Notes under the pieces: generated by a model | Told to the model about the DNA's origin: nothing | The model's input: only the letters and a program-made list of their open reading frames with translations | Database searches by the model: none | Part shown: positions 27,014-35,755 of the stretch, one piece after another | Layout of the letters: each line of letters begins with the position of its first letter | How positions within the stretch are numbered: position 1 is the stretch's first letter | Made by a program: the position numbers and the translations under genes | Assembly (NCBI GenBank): GCA_964420395.1 | Contig: CAYQTJ010000002.1 | Coordinates: 5,248 to 69,247 of the forward strand | Source of the DNA: an uncultured Fibrobacteraceae bacterium | GTDB lineage: Bacteria > Krumholzibacteriota > Krumholzibacteriia > LZORAL124-64-63 | Direction of reading: 5' to 3' | DNA length: 64,000 nucleotides

Positions 27014-28044
27014 CGCGCACCCCCCTGGCTCGCGGCGGACGGCGAACCGAACTGCTGCAGCACCTCGACGAGGTCCATGCCGGCGGGACAGGCGTCCACG
27101 CAGCGTCCGCAGCCGGTGCAGAGCAGGTGGCCGAACTTGTCGGGGTAGTAGACGAACTTGTGGTAGATGCGCTGCCGGTAGCGCAGCGACTGGCGGGGGC
27201 GCGGGTTGTGACCCGAGGCGTGGGCCGTGAAGTGGCCGAAGGCGCAGGCGTCCCAGTTGCGGACCCGCTCGCCGCGGCGCCAGTCCCCTTCGTCCACCAC
27301 GTCGAAGCAGTGGCACGACGGACAGACGTAGGCGCAGGTGCCGCACCCCACGCAGGCGTCCGACAGGGACTCCCAGGCGGGATCGTCGAAGCGGTCGCGC
27401 AGCGCGGCGGCGGCGGCGACGACGGCCAACGGGAGCGTGCCGGCCTTGCCGGGGGCCGGCGGCGCCTCGGCCGCGCGGGCCTCGACCAGCGGCTTCGGCG
27501 CGCCGGCGAGCGCGGCCCGGCCGGCCTCGGTCAGGGCGCTGACCGCGAAGCCGGCACCGGACGGGGCGATCATCACGTCGGCCTGCGGGGCCCAACCCGG
27601 GTCGACCCCGGCCGCGGCGCAGAAGCAGCTCTCCGGCGACGGCGCCGTGGCGCAGCCGAGCGCCACCAGCAGCGTGGCGGCCCGCCGCGCCTCGAACGGC
27701 TCGTCGACGTAGTCCCAGCGCATGACGGCGTCGAGCGCCCGCAGCCCCGCCACGTCGCAGGGGCGGGCGAGCAGCAGCACGGTCGGCGGCGCGTCGAGCG
27801 GCGCCTCGGTGAGGCGCGGAGGGCTCGCCGCCAGGTCGTAGGCGAACAGCGTCTCGTGGCGCGGCAGCAGCCACTCGCGCGGGGAGATCGCCGTGCGGCC
27901 GTAGTCCCAGGCGACCTCGTCGGCGTCGCGGATCGGCGCCCAGGCCGGTCCCGCGGGCGTGGCGACCGGGGCCACGACCCGGCGCTCGCGCAGCAGGGAC
28001 CGCGTCCAGGCCTTGAGATCGTCGACAGTCCAGAGCCGGTCCAC
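27010..28044 (-). CDS. FlxB/AsrA-like iron-sulfur protein with two [4Fe-4S] motifs
   Basis: CVGCGTCAYVCPSCHCFD and CTGCGRCVDACPAGMD ferredoxin-type motifs. The start overlaps the upstream gene stop region. Confidence 0.7.
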   Translation of the reverse strand: MDRLWTVDDLKAWTRSLLRERRVVAPVATPAGPAWAPIRDADEVAWDYGRTAISPREWLLPRHETLFAYDLAASPPRLTEAPLDAPPTVLLLARPCDVAGLRALDAVMRWDYVDEPFEARRAATLLVALGCATAPSPESCFCAAAGVDPGWAPQADVMIAPSGAGFAVSALTEAGRAALAGAPKPLVEARAAEAPPAPGKAGTLPLAVVAAAAALRDRFDDPAWESLSDACVGCGTCAYVCPSCHCFDVVDEGDWRRGERVRNWDACAFGHFTAHASGHNPRPRQSLRYRQRIYHKFVYYPDKFGHLLCTGCGRCVDACPAGMDLVEVLQQFGSPSAASQGGAR

Positions 28045-28056
28045 GGCCAGCCTCCT

Positions 28057-29340
28057 CTACAGGATGAACGGCGCCTCGTCCTCGGGGCGCCCGAACAAGA
28101 GCGGCGAGCGCAGTTCGTCCGCGGACGGCGGGCCGAAGGCGCGCCGCGCGGCGCGGTTCAGGTGCGCGGTCAGCGCGGCCAGCGGGATGCCGACGGGGCA
28201 GGCGTCGCTGCAGCCGCCGCACTCGACGCAGCGCCCCGCCTGGTGGAAGGCGCGCGTCACGTTCCAGACCCAGTTGCCGGCCGGCGTGGGGGAGGAGTCG
28301 ATCCAGCGGGGGCGCGTCTTGTCGGCGACGCAGCGCACGCAGGAGCAGGTGGGACAGCCCTCGCGGCAGGCGTAGCAGCGCAGGCAGCGCGAGAAAGCGG
28401 CGCTCCAGAAGGCCCAGCGCTCTGCCGCCGGGACGTCGGGGCCGGGCACGCCGTGGATCTCCCAGGCGGGACCGTCGGCGGGCGCCCACGCCGCGCCGTC
28501 GCGCGCGTACACCCGCACGCGGTCCGGGTCGATCTGCTGCTCGGCCTGCAGCCGCGCGAGCGCCTCGCGGCGGCCCGGCCCGGCCACGATGCCGTAGACC
28601 CCCTCGGGATCCTCGCGCAGGCGCCGCACCAGCAGCGGCACCAGCGGGGTGGCGCTGTCGGCGGCGGTGAACAGGCCGATCTCCTCCGGGCCGCGCGCCC
28701 ACATCGCGCGCGGGCGGTCGGCGCGGCGGCCGGCGCGCAGGCCGAGCACCGCCCTGACCGCGCCCGAGGCGAGGTCGGAGCGCATGGCGTCGAGGCCGGG
28801 CAGCTCGGTCGGCGTCGGGCCGACCGTCGACGGGCGGTCGTGCGCGGCCCAGCCCCGCGCGAGCGCCCCCTCCGCCGGGGCGAAGCCGGGGAACGGGCCG
28901 AGGGCGCGCACCGTGTCGGTCACGTTGCGCACGATGTCCACGAACTTGCCCCCCTCGGCGGCCGACACCCAGGAGAAGTGCACGCGGCCCTGCTCCATGC
29001 CGACGAAGTCGAGCAGCTCGCGGAACAGCACCCAGCGCCGCCGGGCGGCGTAGTTGCCGCTCGTGTAGTGGCAGTCGCCGGGGTGGCAGCCCGATATGAG
29101 CACGCCGTCCGTGCCCATGGCGAACGCCCGCAGCAGGAACAGCGGGTCGATGCGCCCGGTGCACGGCAGCTTGATCATGCGGATCTGCGGCGGGTACTTC
29201 AGGCGGCTCGTGCCGGCGAGGTCCGCCCCCGCGTAGGTGCACCACCGGCAGACGAAAGCGGTGATCCGCGGCTGCCAGGTCGTTCCGCCGGCGCCCTCGA
29301 CGGTCGCGGCGGCGCCGTTCGCTTCCTTGTCCGCGCTCAT
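28057..29340 (-). CDS. MvhD/FlpD (FlxD-like) domain fused to a [4Fe-4S] dicluster protein (FlxC-like)
   Basis: The N-terminus (ITAFVCRWCTYAGADLAG...IRMIKLPCTGRIDPLFLLRAFAMGTDGVLISGCHPGDCHY) is the MvhD / methyl-viologen-reducing hydrogenase delta fold. The C-terminal half carries CLRCYACREGCPTCSC and CVECGGCSDACPVG. Confidence 0.75.
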   Translation of the reverse strand: MSADKEANGAAATVEGAGGTTWQPRITAFVCRWCTYAGADLAGTSRLKYPPQIRMIKLPCTGRIDPLFLLRAFAMGTDGVLISGCHPGDCHYTSGNYAARRRWVLFRELLDFVGMEQGRVHFSWVSAAEGGKFVDIVRNVTDTVRALGPFPGFAPAEGALARGWAAHDRPSTVGPTPTELPGLDAMRSDLASGAVRAVLGLRAGRRADRPRAMWARGPEEIGLFTAADSATPLVPLLVRRLREDPEGVYGIVAGPGRREALARLQAEQQIDPDRVRVYARDGAAWAPADGPAWEIHGVPGPDVPAAERWAFWSAAFSRCLRCYACREGCPTCSCVRCVADKTRPRWIDSSPTPAGNWVWNVTRAFHQAGRCVECGGCSDACPVGIPLAALTAHLNRAARRAFGPPSADELRSPLLFGRPEDEAPFIL

Positions 29341-29377
29341 CTCACATCTCCTTCGCGCGATCCGGTGGCGGCGGCGC

Positions 29378-31375
29378 CTACGGGATCAGCGCGCCGATCT
29401 GGGCGAAGATCTGCTCGTCGGTGTAGCCGGCCAGCTCCAGCGACTTCGACGGGCAGGTGGCCACGCAGGTCCCGCAGCCGTTGCACACCCCGGAGTTGAC
29501 GCGGGCCGTGCGCCGCAGCAGCCGCCCCTGCCGGTCGCGCACCTCGTTCACCTCGACGGCGCCGTAGGGGCAGACCTCCCGGCAGGCGAAGCAGCCGGCG
29601 CAGGTGGCCTCGCCCACGCGCGCCACGACCGGCTCGCGCTCGAGCATCTCGCGCGAGAACAGGACCGCCACCTTGGCCGCCGCCGCGCTCGCCTGGGCCA
29701 CCGCCTCCGGAATGTCCTTGGGCCCCTGGCAGACCCCCGCCAGCATGACGCCGGCGGCCGCCGATTCGACCGGGCGCAGCTTCGGGTGCGCCTCGGAGTA
29801 GAAGGCGTGCCCGTCGTAGCCGACGCCGAACTTCTGCGCCAGCCGCGCCGCGCCGTCCTGCGCGCGGATCGCCGAGGCGAGCACCACCATGTCCGCGCGG
29901 ATCTCCAGCGGGATTCCGGCGAGCGTGTCCACGCCCGACACGACGATCTGGCCGTTGTCCTCGTACAGCCGCGACACCTTGCCGCGCACGTAGAGGGCCT
30001 CGTCCTCCTCGATGGCGCGCCGCACGAATTCGTCGTAGCCCTTGCCGGGCGCGCGCACGTCCATGTAGAAGACCACGGCCCTGCCTTCGTGCACCTTGTG
30101 CTTGTAGAGCAGGGCGTGCTTGGCGGTGTACATGCAGCAGATCTTCGAGCAGTACGAGATCCCCTTCGCGGGGTCGCGGCTGCCGATGCACTGCAGGAAG
30201 ACCACCGTCTGCGGCACCTTTCCGTCGGACGGCCGGCGGATCTCGCCGCCGGTCGGCCCGGAGGCGGAGGCGAGCCGCTCGAACTGCAGGCCGTCGATGA
30301 CGTCCCTGATCCGGCCGCCGCCGTACTCGGGGTAGCCGCGCAGCCCGGCGCCGGGATCGCCGATGTCGTAGAGCCGGTAGCCGGTCGCCAGCACCGCCGC
30401 GCCGACGTTCTCGACCACGAACTCGTCCTGCTGCTCGAAATCCACCGCGCCCGGCCCGCACACCTTCGCGCAGACGCCGCACTTGCCGGTCTTGAAGTGC
30501 GTGCAGCGCTCGCGGTCGATGACCGGCTTGTTCGGCACCGCCTGCGGGAACGGGATGTAGATGGCGGAGCGATTGCCCAGCCCCGCGTCGAACTCGGAGG
30601 GGATCTTCTTCTGCGGGCACTTCTGCTGGCAGACGCCGCAGCCGGTGCACTTCGCCATGTCCACCGAGCGCGCCTTCTTGCGAACCGTCACGCGGAAGTT
30701 GCCGATGTAGCCCTCGACCTTCTCGACCTCGCTGAAGGTGTGCAGCGTGATCAGCGGGTGCTGGGCCACCTCGACCATGCGCGGCGTGAGGATGCACTGC
30801 GAGCAGTCGAGCGTGGGGAAGGTCTCCGACAGCTGGCTCATGTGCCCGCCGATGGACGGCTCCTTCTCCACCATGACGACCGGGATGCCGGCATTGGCCA
30901 TGTCGAGCGCGGCCTGGATCCCGGCGATCCCGCCGCCGACCACCAGCGCGCGCCGCGTCAGCGGCACCTGGATGGGGAAGAGGTCCTCGTTGCGCTTCAC
31001 CTTCTCGACCATCATGCGCACCAGGTCGGCCGCCTTGTCGGTGGCCGCCTCGCGGTCCTCGTGGACCCACGAGCACTGCTCGCGCACGTTGACCATTTCG
31101 CAGCGGAAGGGGTTGAGCCCCTCGCCGGAGGTGGCGCGGCGGAACGTCGGCTCGTGCATGGCGGGGCTGCACGCGGCCACGACGACGCCGTCGAGCCTCA
31201 GGTCGCGGATCGCGGCGCGGACCATGTTCTGCCCCGGATCCGAGCACATGTACTTGTAGTCCACGGAGTGGACGACGCCCGGCAGCCTGCCCGCGGCCTC
31301 GGCCACCCGCGCGCAGTCCACGGTGCGGCCGATGTTCTCGCCGCAGTGACAGACGAACACCCCGATCCTAGACAT
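29378..31375 (-). CDS. hdrA: Heterodisulfide reductase subunit A (FAD- and FeS-containing)
   Basis: MSRIGVFVCHCGENIG... (N-terminal 4Cys), VVGGGIAGIQAALDMANAG (FAD Rossmann fold), several C-x2-C-x2-C-x3-CP ferredoxin motifs, and the C-terminal CNGCGTCVATCP. Confidence 0.9.
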   Translation of the reverse strand: MSRIGVFVCHCGENIGRTVDCARVAEAAGRLPGVVHSVDYKYMCSDPGQNMVRAAIRDLRLDGVVVAACSPAMHEPTFRRATSGEGLNPFRCEMVNVREQCSWVHEDREAATDKAADLVRMMVEKVKRNEDLFPIQVPLTRRALVVGGGIAGIQAALDMANAGIPVVMVEKEPSIGGHMSQLSETFPTLDCSQCILTPRMVEVAQHPLITLHTFSEVEKVEGYIGNFRVTVRKKARSVDMAKCTGCGVCQQKCPQKKIPSEFDAGLGNRSAIYIPFPQAVPNKPVIDRERCTHFKTGKCGVCAKVCGPGAVDFEQQDEFVVENVGAAVLATGYRLYDIGDPGAGLRGYPEYGGGRIRDVIDGLQFERLASASGPTGGEIRRPSDGKVPQTVVFLQCIGSRDPAKGISYCSKICCMYTAKHALLYKHKVHEGRAVVFYMDVRAPGKGYDEFVRRAIEEDEALYVRGKVSRLYEDNGQIVVSGVDTLAGIPLEIRADMVVLASAIRAQDGAARLAQKFGVGYDGHAFYSEAHPKLRPVESAAAGVMLAGVCQGPKDIPEAVAQASAAAAKVAVLFSREMLEREPVVARVGEATCAGCFACREVCPYGAVEVNEVRDRQGRLLRRTARVNSGVCNGCGTCVATCPSKSLELAGYTDEQIFAQIGALIP

Positions 31376-32255
31376 GGTTCGCCTCCCGCGCCGGGATGAG
31401 GGCGTCCACGCGGACGGGCACGATGTGGCGGTGCAGGCCGAGCGTCCGCGGGTCGATGCCGAGCGCCAGGCCGATCACCTGGGTGACGTAGAGGACCGGC
31501 AGCGCGAAGTCGAACTTCTTCTCCCTCGCGATCGCCGGCTGCGTCATGTCGAGATTGGCGTGGCAGAGCGGACAGGCGACCATCATCGCCTGCGCTCCGC
31601 GCGCGTGCGCCATCGCCAGCAGCCGGCCCGAAAGGTCGTGCACGATGCCCGGCTCCGGCAGCGCCAGCGACGCGCCGCAGCAGTCCAGCCGCAGCGGCCA
31701 GGACACCGGCTCGCCGCCCGCCAGGCGGACCAGATCCTCGAGCAGCGTCGGGTTCTCCGCGTCGTCGAACGCGTTCTCGCCGCGCGGCCGCGTCAGCAGG
31801 CAGCCGTAATAGCAGGCGATCTTCAGGCCGTTCAGCGGGCGGGTCACCTTCGCCGCCACCGCCTCGCGCACCGCGGGGCGCGCCAGCAGCTGCGCCACGT
31901 GCAGCACTTCCAGGTCCGGATCGATGCGCCCGCCCACGCGCGCCGCCGCCGCCGGCGCGTCCGCGGGGTGCGCCCGCAATTCGGCGCCCGCCGCGCGCAG
32001 CCGCGAGTAGCAGGAGGCGCAGCCGGTCAGCAGCGGCCCGGCGTTCGCGGCGGTGGCGCGGGCGAGGTTCCAGTCGCCGAGCACGTGCGCCGACTCCGCG
32101 TCGATCGCGTGGGCCGGCGTGGCGCCGCAGCAGCACCAGTCCTCGATCTCGCGCAGCTCGAAGCCGAGCGTTCCGGCCACCGCCCTGATCGACTCGTCGT
32201 ACTCGCGCGCGGTGGCGTGCAGCGAGCAGCCGGGGTAGTAGGCGAAGCGGTTCAC
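31368..32255 (-). CDS. hdrB: Heterodisulfide reductase subunit B (two CCG domains)
   Basis: VNRFAYYPGCSLHATA...DWCCCG...IACYYGCLL...DCCGAS are duplicated CCG (Cys-rich) domains. The GTG start overlaps the hdrC stop as GTGA. Confidence 0.8.
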   Translation of the reverse strand: MNRFAYYPGCSLHATAREYDESIRAVAGTLGFELREIEDWCCCGATPAHAIDAESAHVLGDWNLARATAANAGPLLTGCASCYSRLRAAGAELRAHPADAPAAAARVGGRIDPDLEVLHVAQLLARPAVREAVAAKVTRPLNGLKIACYYGCLLTRPRGENAFDDAENPTLLEDLVRLAGGEPVSWPLRLDCCGASLALPEPGIVHDLSGRLLAMAHARGAQAMMVACPLCHANLDMTQPAIAREKKFDFALPVLYVTQVIGLALGIDPRTLGLHRHIVPVRVDALIPAREANHV

Positions 32256-32779
32256 GGCCGCCCCTTTCCGCGCCGCGCCCGGCCGGGGCCGCGCAGCGTC
32301 TTGCCGTCGAGGCGGATCTTGCCGCGCGCCAGCAGGGCCGGCAGGCTGCCCAGGTTCTGGAACGGGGCGCGCGCGCGCAGGTTGTACTCGGCGCCCAGCA
32401 TCACCTCGCTGAGGCGTCCGGTGTCGAGCACCTGCCGCACGAAGATTCGGTTGAACACCTGCGCCCGGCGCGCGCCGGCCGGCACGGTGCCGGCCCGCGC
32501 GGCCTCCGCCCGCAGCGCGTCCATCACCCGCGAGAGATCGAGCTCCTGCGGGCAGCGCGTCGCGCAGGTCTGGCAACCGACGCACAGCCACGGCTGCACG
32601 GCGCGCAGCGGCACGTCGCTGTCGAGCTGCAGGTGCCGCATCACCTGGTGCGGCAGCAGGTCGCCGCGGCCCGCGGTCGGGCAACCGGCGGTGCAGCAGC
32701 CGCACTGGTAGCAGCGGAACACGTTCTGATCCGCGGCCCGCGCCACGCGCGCGCGCAGCGAATCGGTCGCGCTGTTCAT
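32252..32779 (-). CDS. hdrC: Heterodisulfide reductase subunit C ([4Fe-4S] dicluster)
   Basis: The ATG at 32779 follows GGGGGAG (MNSATDSLRARVARAADQNVFRCYQCGCCTAGCP...CVGCQTCATRCP). The 70 upstream codons in the track ORF are low-complexity and lack an RBS. Confidence 0.8.
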   Translation of the reverse strand: MNSATDSLRARVARAADQNVFRCYQCGCCTAGCPTAGRGDLLPHQVMRHLQLDSDVPLRAVQPWLCVGCQTCATRCPQELDLSRVMDALRAEAARAGTVPAGARRAQVFNRIFVRQVLDTGRLSEVMLGAEYNLRARAPFQNLGSLPALLARGKIRLDGKTLRGPGRARRGKGRP

Positions 32780-33043
32780 CTCCACTCCCCCGGGGTGTTG
32801 CGGGTTCGAGGCGGGCCGGCCGCCGTGGCCGCCGCCCGCGGTGAAATCTCGCATTTGATTCCACAAACTCAAGAAAAGCATAAGAACACAATAACGATCC
32901 CGAATCGACAAACAGGGCAGCAGAGGGCCTCCCTCCCGCCGCCTGCCCCCTAAAGCCCATGGCGACACTGACGATAAGGAGGCCCGGACCATGCGCCGCG
33001 GGATGCGCCCGCGGTCCGGGCGCCTTCAACAGACGGTGTCGCC
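32780..33043. promoter_or_regulatory. AT-rich divergent intergenic region, presumably holding promoters for the hdr-flx operon (minus) and motAB (plus)
   Basis: A ~90-bp stretch with much lower GC (gaaatctcgcatttgattccacaaactcaagaaaagcataagaacacaataacgatcccgaatcgacaaac) lies between divergently oriented start codons. Confidence 0.35.
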
Positions 33044-33901
33044 ATGCTTACCCTGATCGGAATCCTGTTCGCCTTCGGCTGCGTGCTCGGCGGTTTCATC
33101 ATGGAGGGCGGCAAGCCGATGGCCCTCTTCATCCCGGCCGAGTACATCATCATCGCCGGCTGCTCGCTCGGCACGCTCGTGGCGATGGCGCCGCCGCGCG
33201 TGCTCAAGCGCCTCGGCGCGCTGTTCGGGCTGATGCTCAAGGGGGACAAGAGCAGCAAGGCGAAGTACCTGGAGCTGCTCACGATGCTGTACGAGTTCTT
33301 CCAGGTCGCCAAGAAGGACGGCCTGGTCGGGCTCGAGCCGCACGTGGAGGACCCCGCGCAGAGCGCCATCTTCAGCAAGTACCCGACGTTCCTGGCCGAC
33401 CACCACGCGGTGTCGTTCCTGTGCGACACGGTCAAGATCATCATCACCGCCGGCGTGCCGCCGCACGACCTCGAGATGCTCATGGAGGCCGACATCGAGA
33501 CCCGCCACAACGAGGAGGTGGCGCCGGTGTCGGTCCTGGTGAAGGTCGGCGACGCGCTGCCGGGCCTCGGCATCGTGGCCGCCGTGCTCGGCATCGTGAT
33601 CACGATGGGCGCCATCGACGGCCCCGCCGCCGAGATCGGGCACAAGGTGGCCGCCGCGCTGGTCGGCACCTTCCTCGGCCTGCTGCTCTCCTACGGCATG
33701 GTGCAGCCGATGGCGACCAACATCGACCTCGTCGGCCAGGCCGAGATGCGCTACTTCCACGTCATGAAGGCGGCGCTGGTGGCGTTCTGGAAGCACATGC
33801 CGGCCATGGTGGCGGTGGAGTTCGCCCGGCGCACCATCGACACCGACCTGCGGCCGACGTTCAGGGAACTGGAAGAGGCCTGCCGCCCCAGCAAGGGCTA
33901 G
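33044..33901 (+). CDS. motA: Flagellar-type stator protein MotA/PomA
   Basis: Four TM helices (MLTLIGILFAFGCVLGGFIMEGG...) with the conserved plug/loop architecture. It is full length for MotA (285 aa). Confidence 0.85.
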   Translation: MLTLIGILFAFGCVLGGFIMEGGKPMALFIPAEYIIIAGCSLGTLVAMAPPRVLKRLGALFGLMLKGDKSSKAKYLELLTMLYEFFQVAKKDGLVGLEPHVEDPAQSAIFSKYPTFLADHHAVSFLCDTVKIIITAGVPPHDLEMLMEADIETRHNEEVAPVSVLVKVGDALPGLGIVAAVLGIVITMGAIDGPAAEIGHKVAAALVGTFLGLLLSYGMVQPMATNIDLVGQAEMRYFHVMKAALVAFWKHMPAMVAVEFARRTIDTDLRPTFRELEEACRPSKG

Positions 33902-33956
33902 CGGGCGAACGCGGCACGGCGGACGACGGGCGCGCGGCGCCGGATGGGCGAGGAGC

Positions 33957-34859
33957 ATGGCGGACCAGAAGCACGGCGAGGGGGGCGAGCAGCAGGCCCC
34001 CGTCATCGTCATCAAGAAGGGCGGGCACGGCGGGCACCACGGCGGCGCCTGGAAGGTGGCCTACGCCGACTTCGTGACGTCGATGATGTCGCTGTTCATC
34101 GTGCTCTGGATCGTGGCGCAGAAGCAGGAGGTCAAGGAGGCGGTCGCCGGCTACTTCCGCGACCCCGGCGCCTTCAACAAGGCGGCCCACGGCGGGGTGC
34201 TCGACGGCGCCTCCATCCTGCCGAACCAGGGGGGCGGAACCGGCCCGAACGGCATGGAGCCGACCCCCGAGCAGATCCGCGCGGAGCAGGAGAAGATCCT
34301 CGAGAAGACCGCCGAGAAGGTGCGGGAGAGCCTGGCCGGCATGCCGGACTTCAAGGCGCTCGAAGGCCAGATCGAGATCAAGATGACCGACGTCGGACTG
34401 AACATCCAGCTCGTGGAGAAGTCGAACTCCCTCTTCTTCGACGTCGGCAGCCAGAACCTCAGCGCCAGCGCCCGCGAGGTGATGGGCGTGCTCGCCACGC
34501 GCCTCGGCGAGCTGCCCAACAAGCTCGCCATCGAGGGGCACACCGACAGCCGCCCGTACCCGGCGGGCGCCGTCTACACGAACTGGGAGCTCTCCGCCGA
34601 CCGCGCCAACAGCGCGCGCCGCTTCATGCTCGAGCACGGGCTGCGCCCCGGCCAGGTGGCCGAGGTACGCGGCTTCGCCGACACCCGCCCCCGCAATCCC
34701 GACGACGCCACCGACGTCCAGAACCGCCGCATCAGCATCACCGTGCTGTACGACGACGCGGCGCAGCGGGCGGCAGCGGCCGCCGCCGCCGCCGGCGCGG
34801 CCCCGACCTTCGCGATCCCGGGGGACGGCGCGAGCGGCGGCCACGGGGTTGGGCACTGA
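33957..34859 (+). CDS. motB: MotB, a stator peptidoglycan-binding subunit with a C-terminal OmpA-like domain
   Basis: A single TM (FVTSMMSLFIVLWIVAQ) follows WKVAYADFVTSMM, which carries the conserved Asp. The C-terminal OmpA-like region is ...LAIEGHTDSRPY...NWELSADRANSARRFM. Confidence 0.85.
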   Translation: MADQKHGEGGEQQAPVIVIKKGGHGGHHGGAWKVAYADFVTSMMSLFIVLWIVAQKQEVKEAVAGYFRDPGAFNKAAHGGVLDGASILPNQGGGTGPNGMEPTPEQIRAEQEKILEKTAEKVRESLAGMPDFKALEGQIEIKMTDVGLNIQLVEKSNSLFFDVGSQNLSASAREVMGVLATRLGELPNKLAIEGHTDSRPYPAGAVYTNWELSADRANSARRFMLEHGLRPGQVAEVRGFADTRPRNPDDATDVQNRRISITVLYDDAAQRAAAAAAAAGAAPTFAIPGDGASGGHGVGH

Positions 34860-34938
34860 TCGCTGGCTCACCTGGGGCGCCAGGCCGGACGCCGCCTTCG
34901 GGCATGTGCAGCAGCACCCATGCGAACTGAATTCGGCT

Positions 34939-35092
34939 CTTGAACGCAGAAATCGAAGCTGATTTCCACCGACATGCTGCCACTGACCGCCGAAGAATCC
35001 GACTTGAAGGCGAAATTCGAGGCCAATCCTCCCAGAACATCTCCTTTGGTGGCTGGAATCAGCCAAAATGGCTTCGAATTGTGTGTTCAAGG
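34939..35092. repeat. Low-GC (~48%) segment with three copies of a ~22-bp motif, CTTGAAsGCrrAAATyCGArGC: two direct and one inverted
   Basis: The copies are at 34939..34959, 35003..35023 and, in inverted orientation, 35071..35092. They lie between the convergent motB and ORF6N genes. The GC content is far below the ~70% of the surroundings. Confidence 0.5.
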
Positions 35093-35743
35093 CACAACTT
35101 CACCATCTGTCCCCCTGTTCTCTGCCTCCCCAGAATCCTCGCCCAGATCGTCGTCCGCCAGTTCGTCCAGGAGCTGGTCCAGGTAGCGGCGCATCCAGGC
35201 CGGCTGGGGAATGACCCGCCCCGGCGCCAGGAGGGACGCGTCCCATTCCCCATGCGCCGCGCCCAGGGCCCAGGCCGTGTGGACCGCGGCGAAGAAGAGG
35301 CGGAACGGCTCTTCGTTGCCGTGCGGGGCACAGGCGAAGCGCACCGCCCAGGCGTGAACGCGTTGCGCCACCGGCGACTGCAGCCGCGCGGCCATCGCGA
35401 TCGCCCCCGGCTGGCTGAAGGCCCACGGCCTCCGGCGCGCGCCGCCCCAGCCCGGGGGGCGCGCCGACTGCTCCCGGAAGGCCCTCAGGTGGCGGTTGGT
35501 GAGAGGGAAGACGAGGTCGATCGTGAAGCAGGAGAGGTGCCGGCGCAGGGTCTGGCGCAGGACGCGCCCCTCGACGCCGAGCAGCGCGGCCAGATCACCG
35601 TCGAGCAGGCGGTACGCCCGCGGAAAGGGGATCGGCAGCCGGGCGAGGGTCGCCTCGCACGGCGTCGTGGGGAAACTGCCGTTGACGGTGGGGCGGGTCG
35701 CCGTCCCCGCGCGGCCCCCGTCCTGACGCGAATCGGTGGTCAC
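35087..35743 (-). CDS. ORF6N-domain protein (KilA-N-related DNA-binding domain)
   Basis: ...RAYRLLDGDLAALLGVEGRVLRQTLRRH...FTIDLVFPLT...GGARRRPWAFSQPGAIAMAARL matches the ORF6N consensus (RVMLDsDLAeLYGVetk.LNqavkRN.eRFP.dF.FqLT...GGRR.LPyAFTE.GvaMLS). The acidic C-terminal tail is DELADDDLGEDSGE. Confidence 0.6.
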   Translation of the reverse strand: MTTDSRQDGGRAGTATRPTVNGSFPTTPCEATLARLPIPFPRAYRLLDGDLAALLGVEGRVLRQTLRRHLSCFTIDLVFPLTNRHLRAFREQSARPPGWGGARRRPWAFSQPGAIAMAARLQSPVAQRVHAWAVRFACAPHGNEEPFRLFFAAVHTAWALGAAHGEWDASLLAPGRVIPQPAWMRRYLDQLLDELADDDLGEDSGEAENRGTDGEVVP

Positions 35744-35755
35744 GCAGCGGGGACA

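Noticed and set aside
24945-29499. Long ORFs 24945..27020 (-), 25664..27148 (+), 26177..29245 (-, 1022 aa as listed) and 27127..29499 (+)
   Set aside because: Only the C-terminal 279 codons of the 1022-aa ORF (FlxA-like) are real. The other frames give low-complexity translations and conflict with the well-supported beta-lactamase-family, FlxB-like and MvhD-fusion genes.
35041-35075. Hairpin GGCTG-GAAT-CAGCC as a terminator for motB or the ORF6N gene
   Set aside because: It is followed by an A-tract on the plus strand and preceded, not followed, by a T-tract on the minus strand. That orientation is wrong for an intrinsic terminator of either gene.
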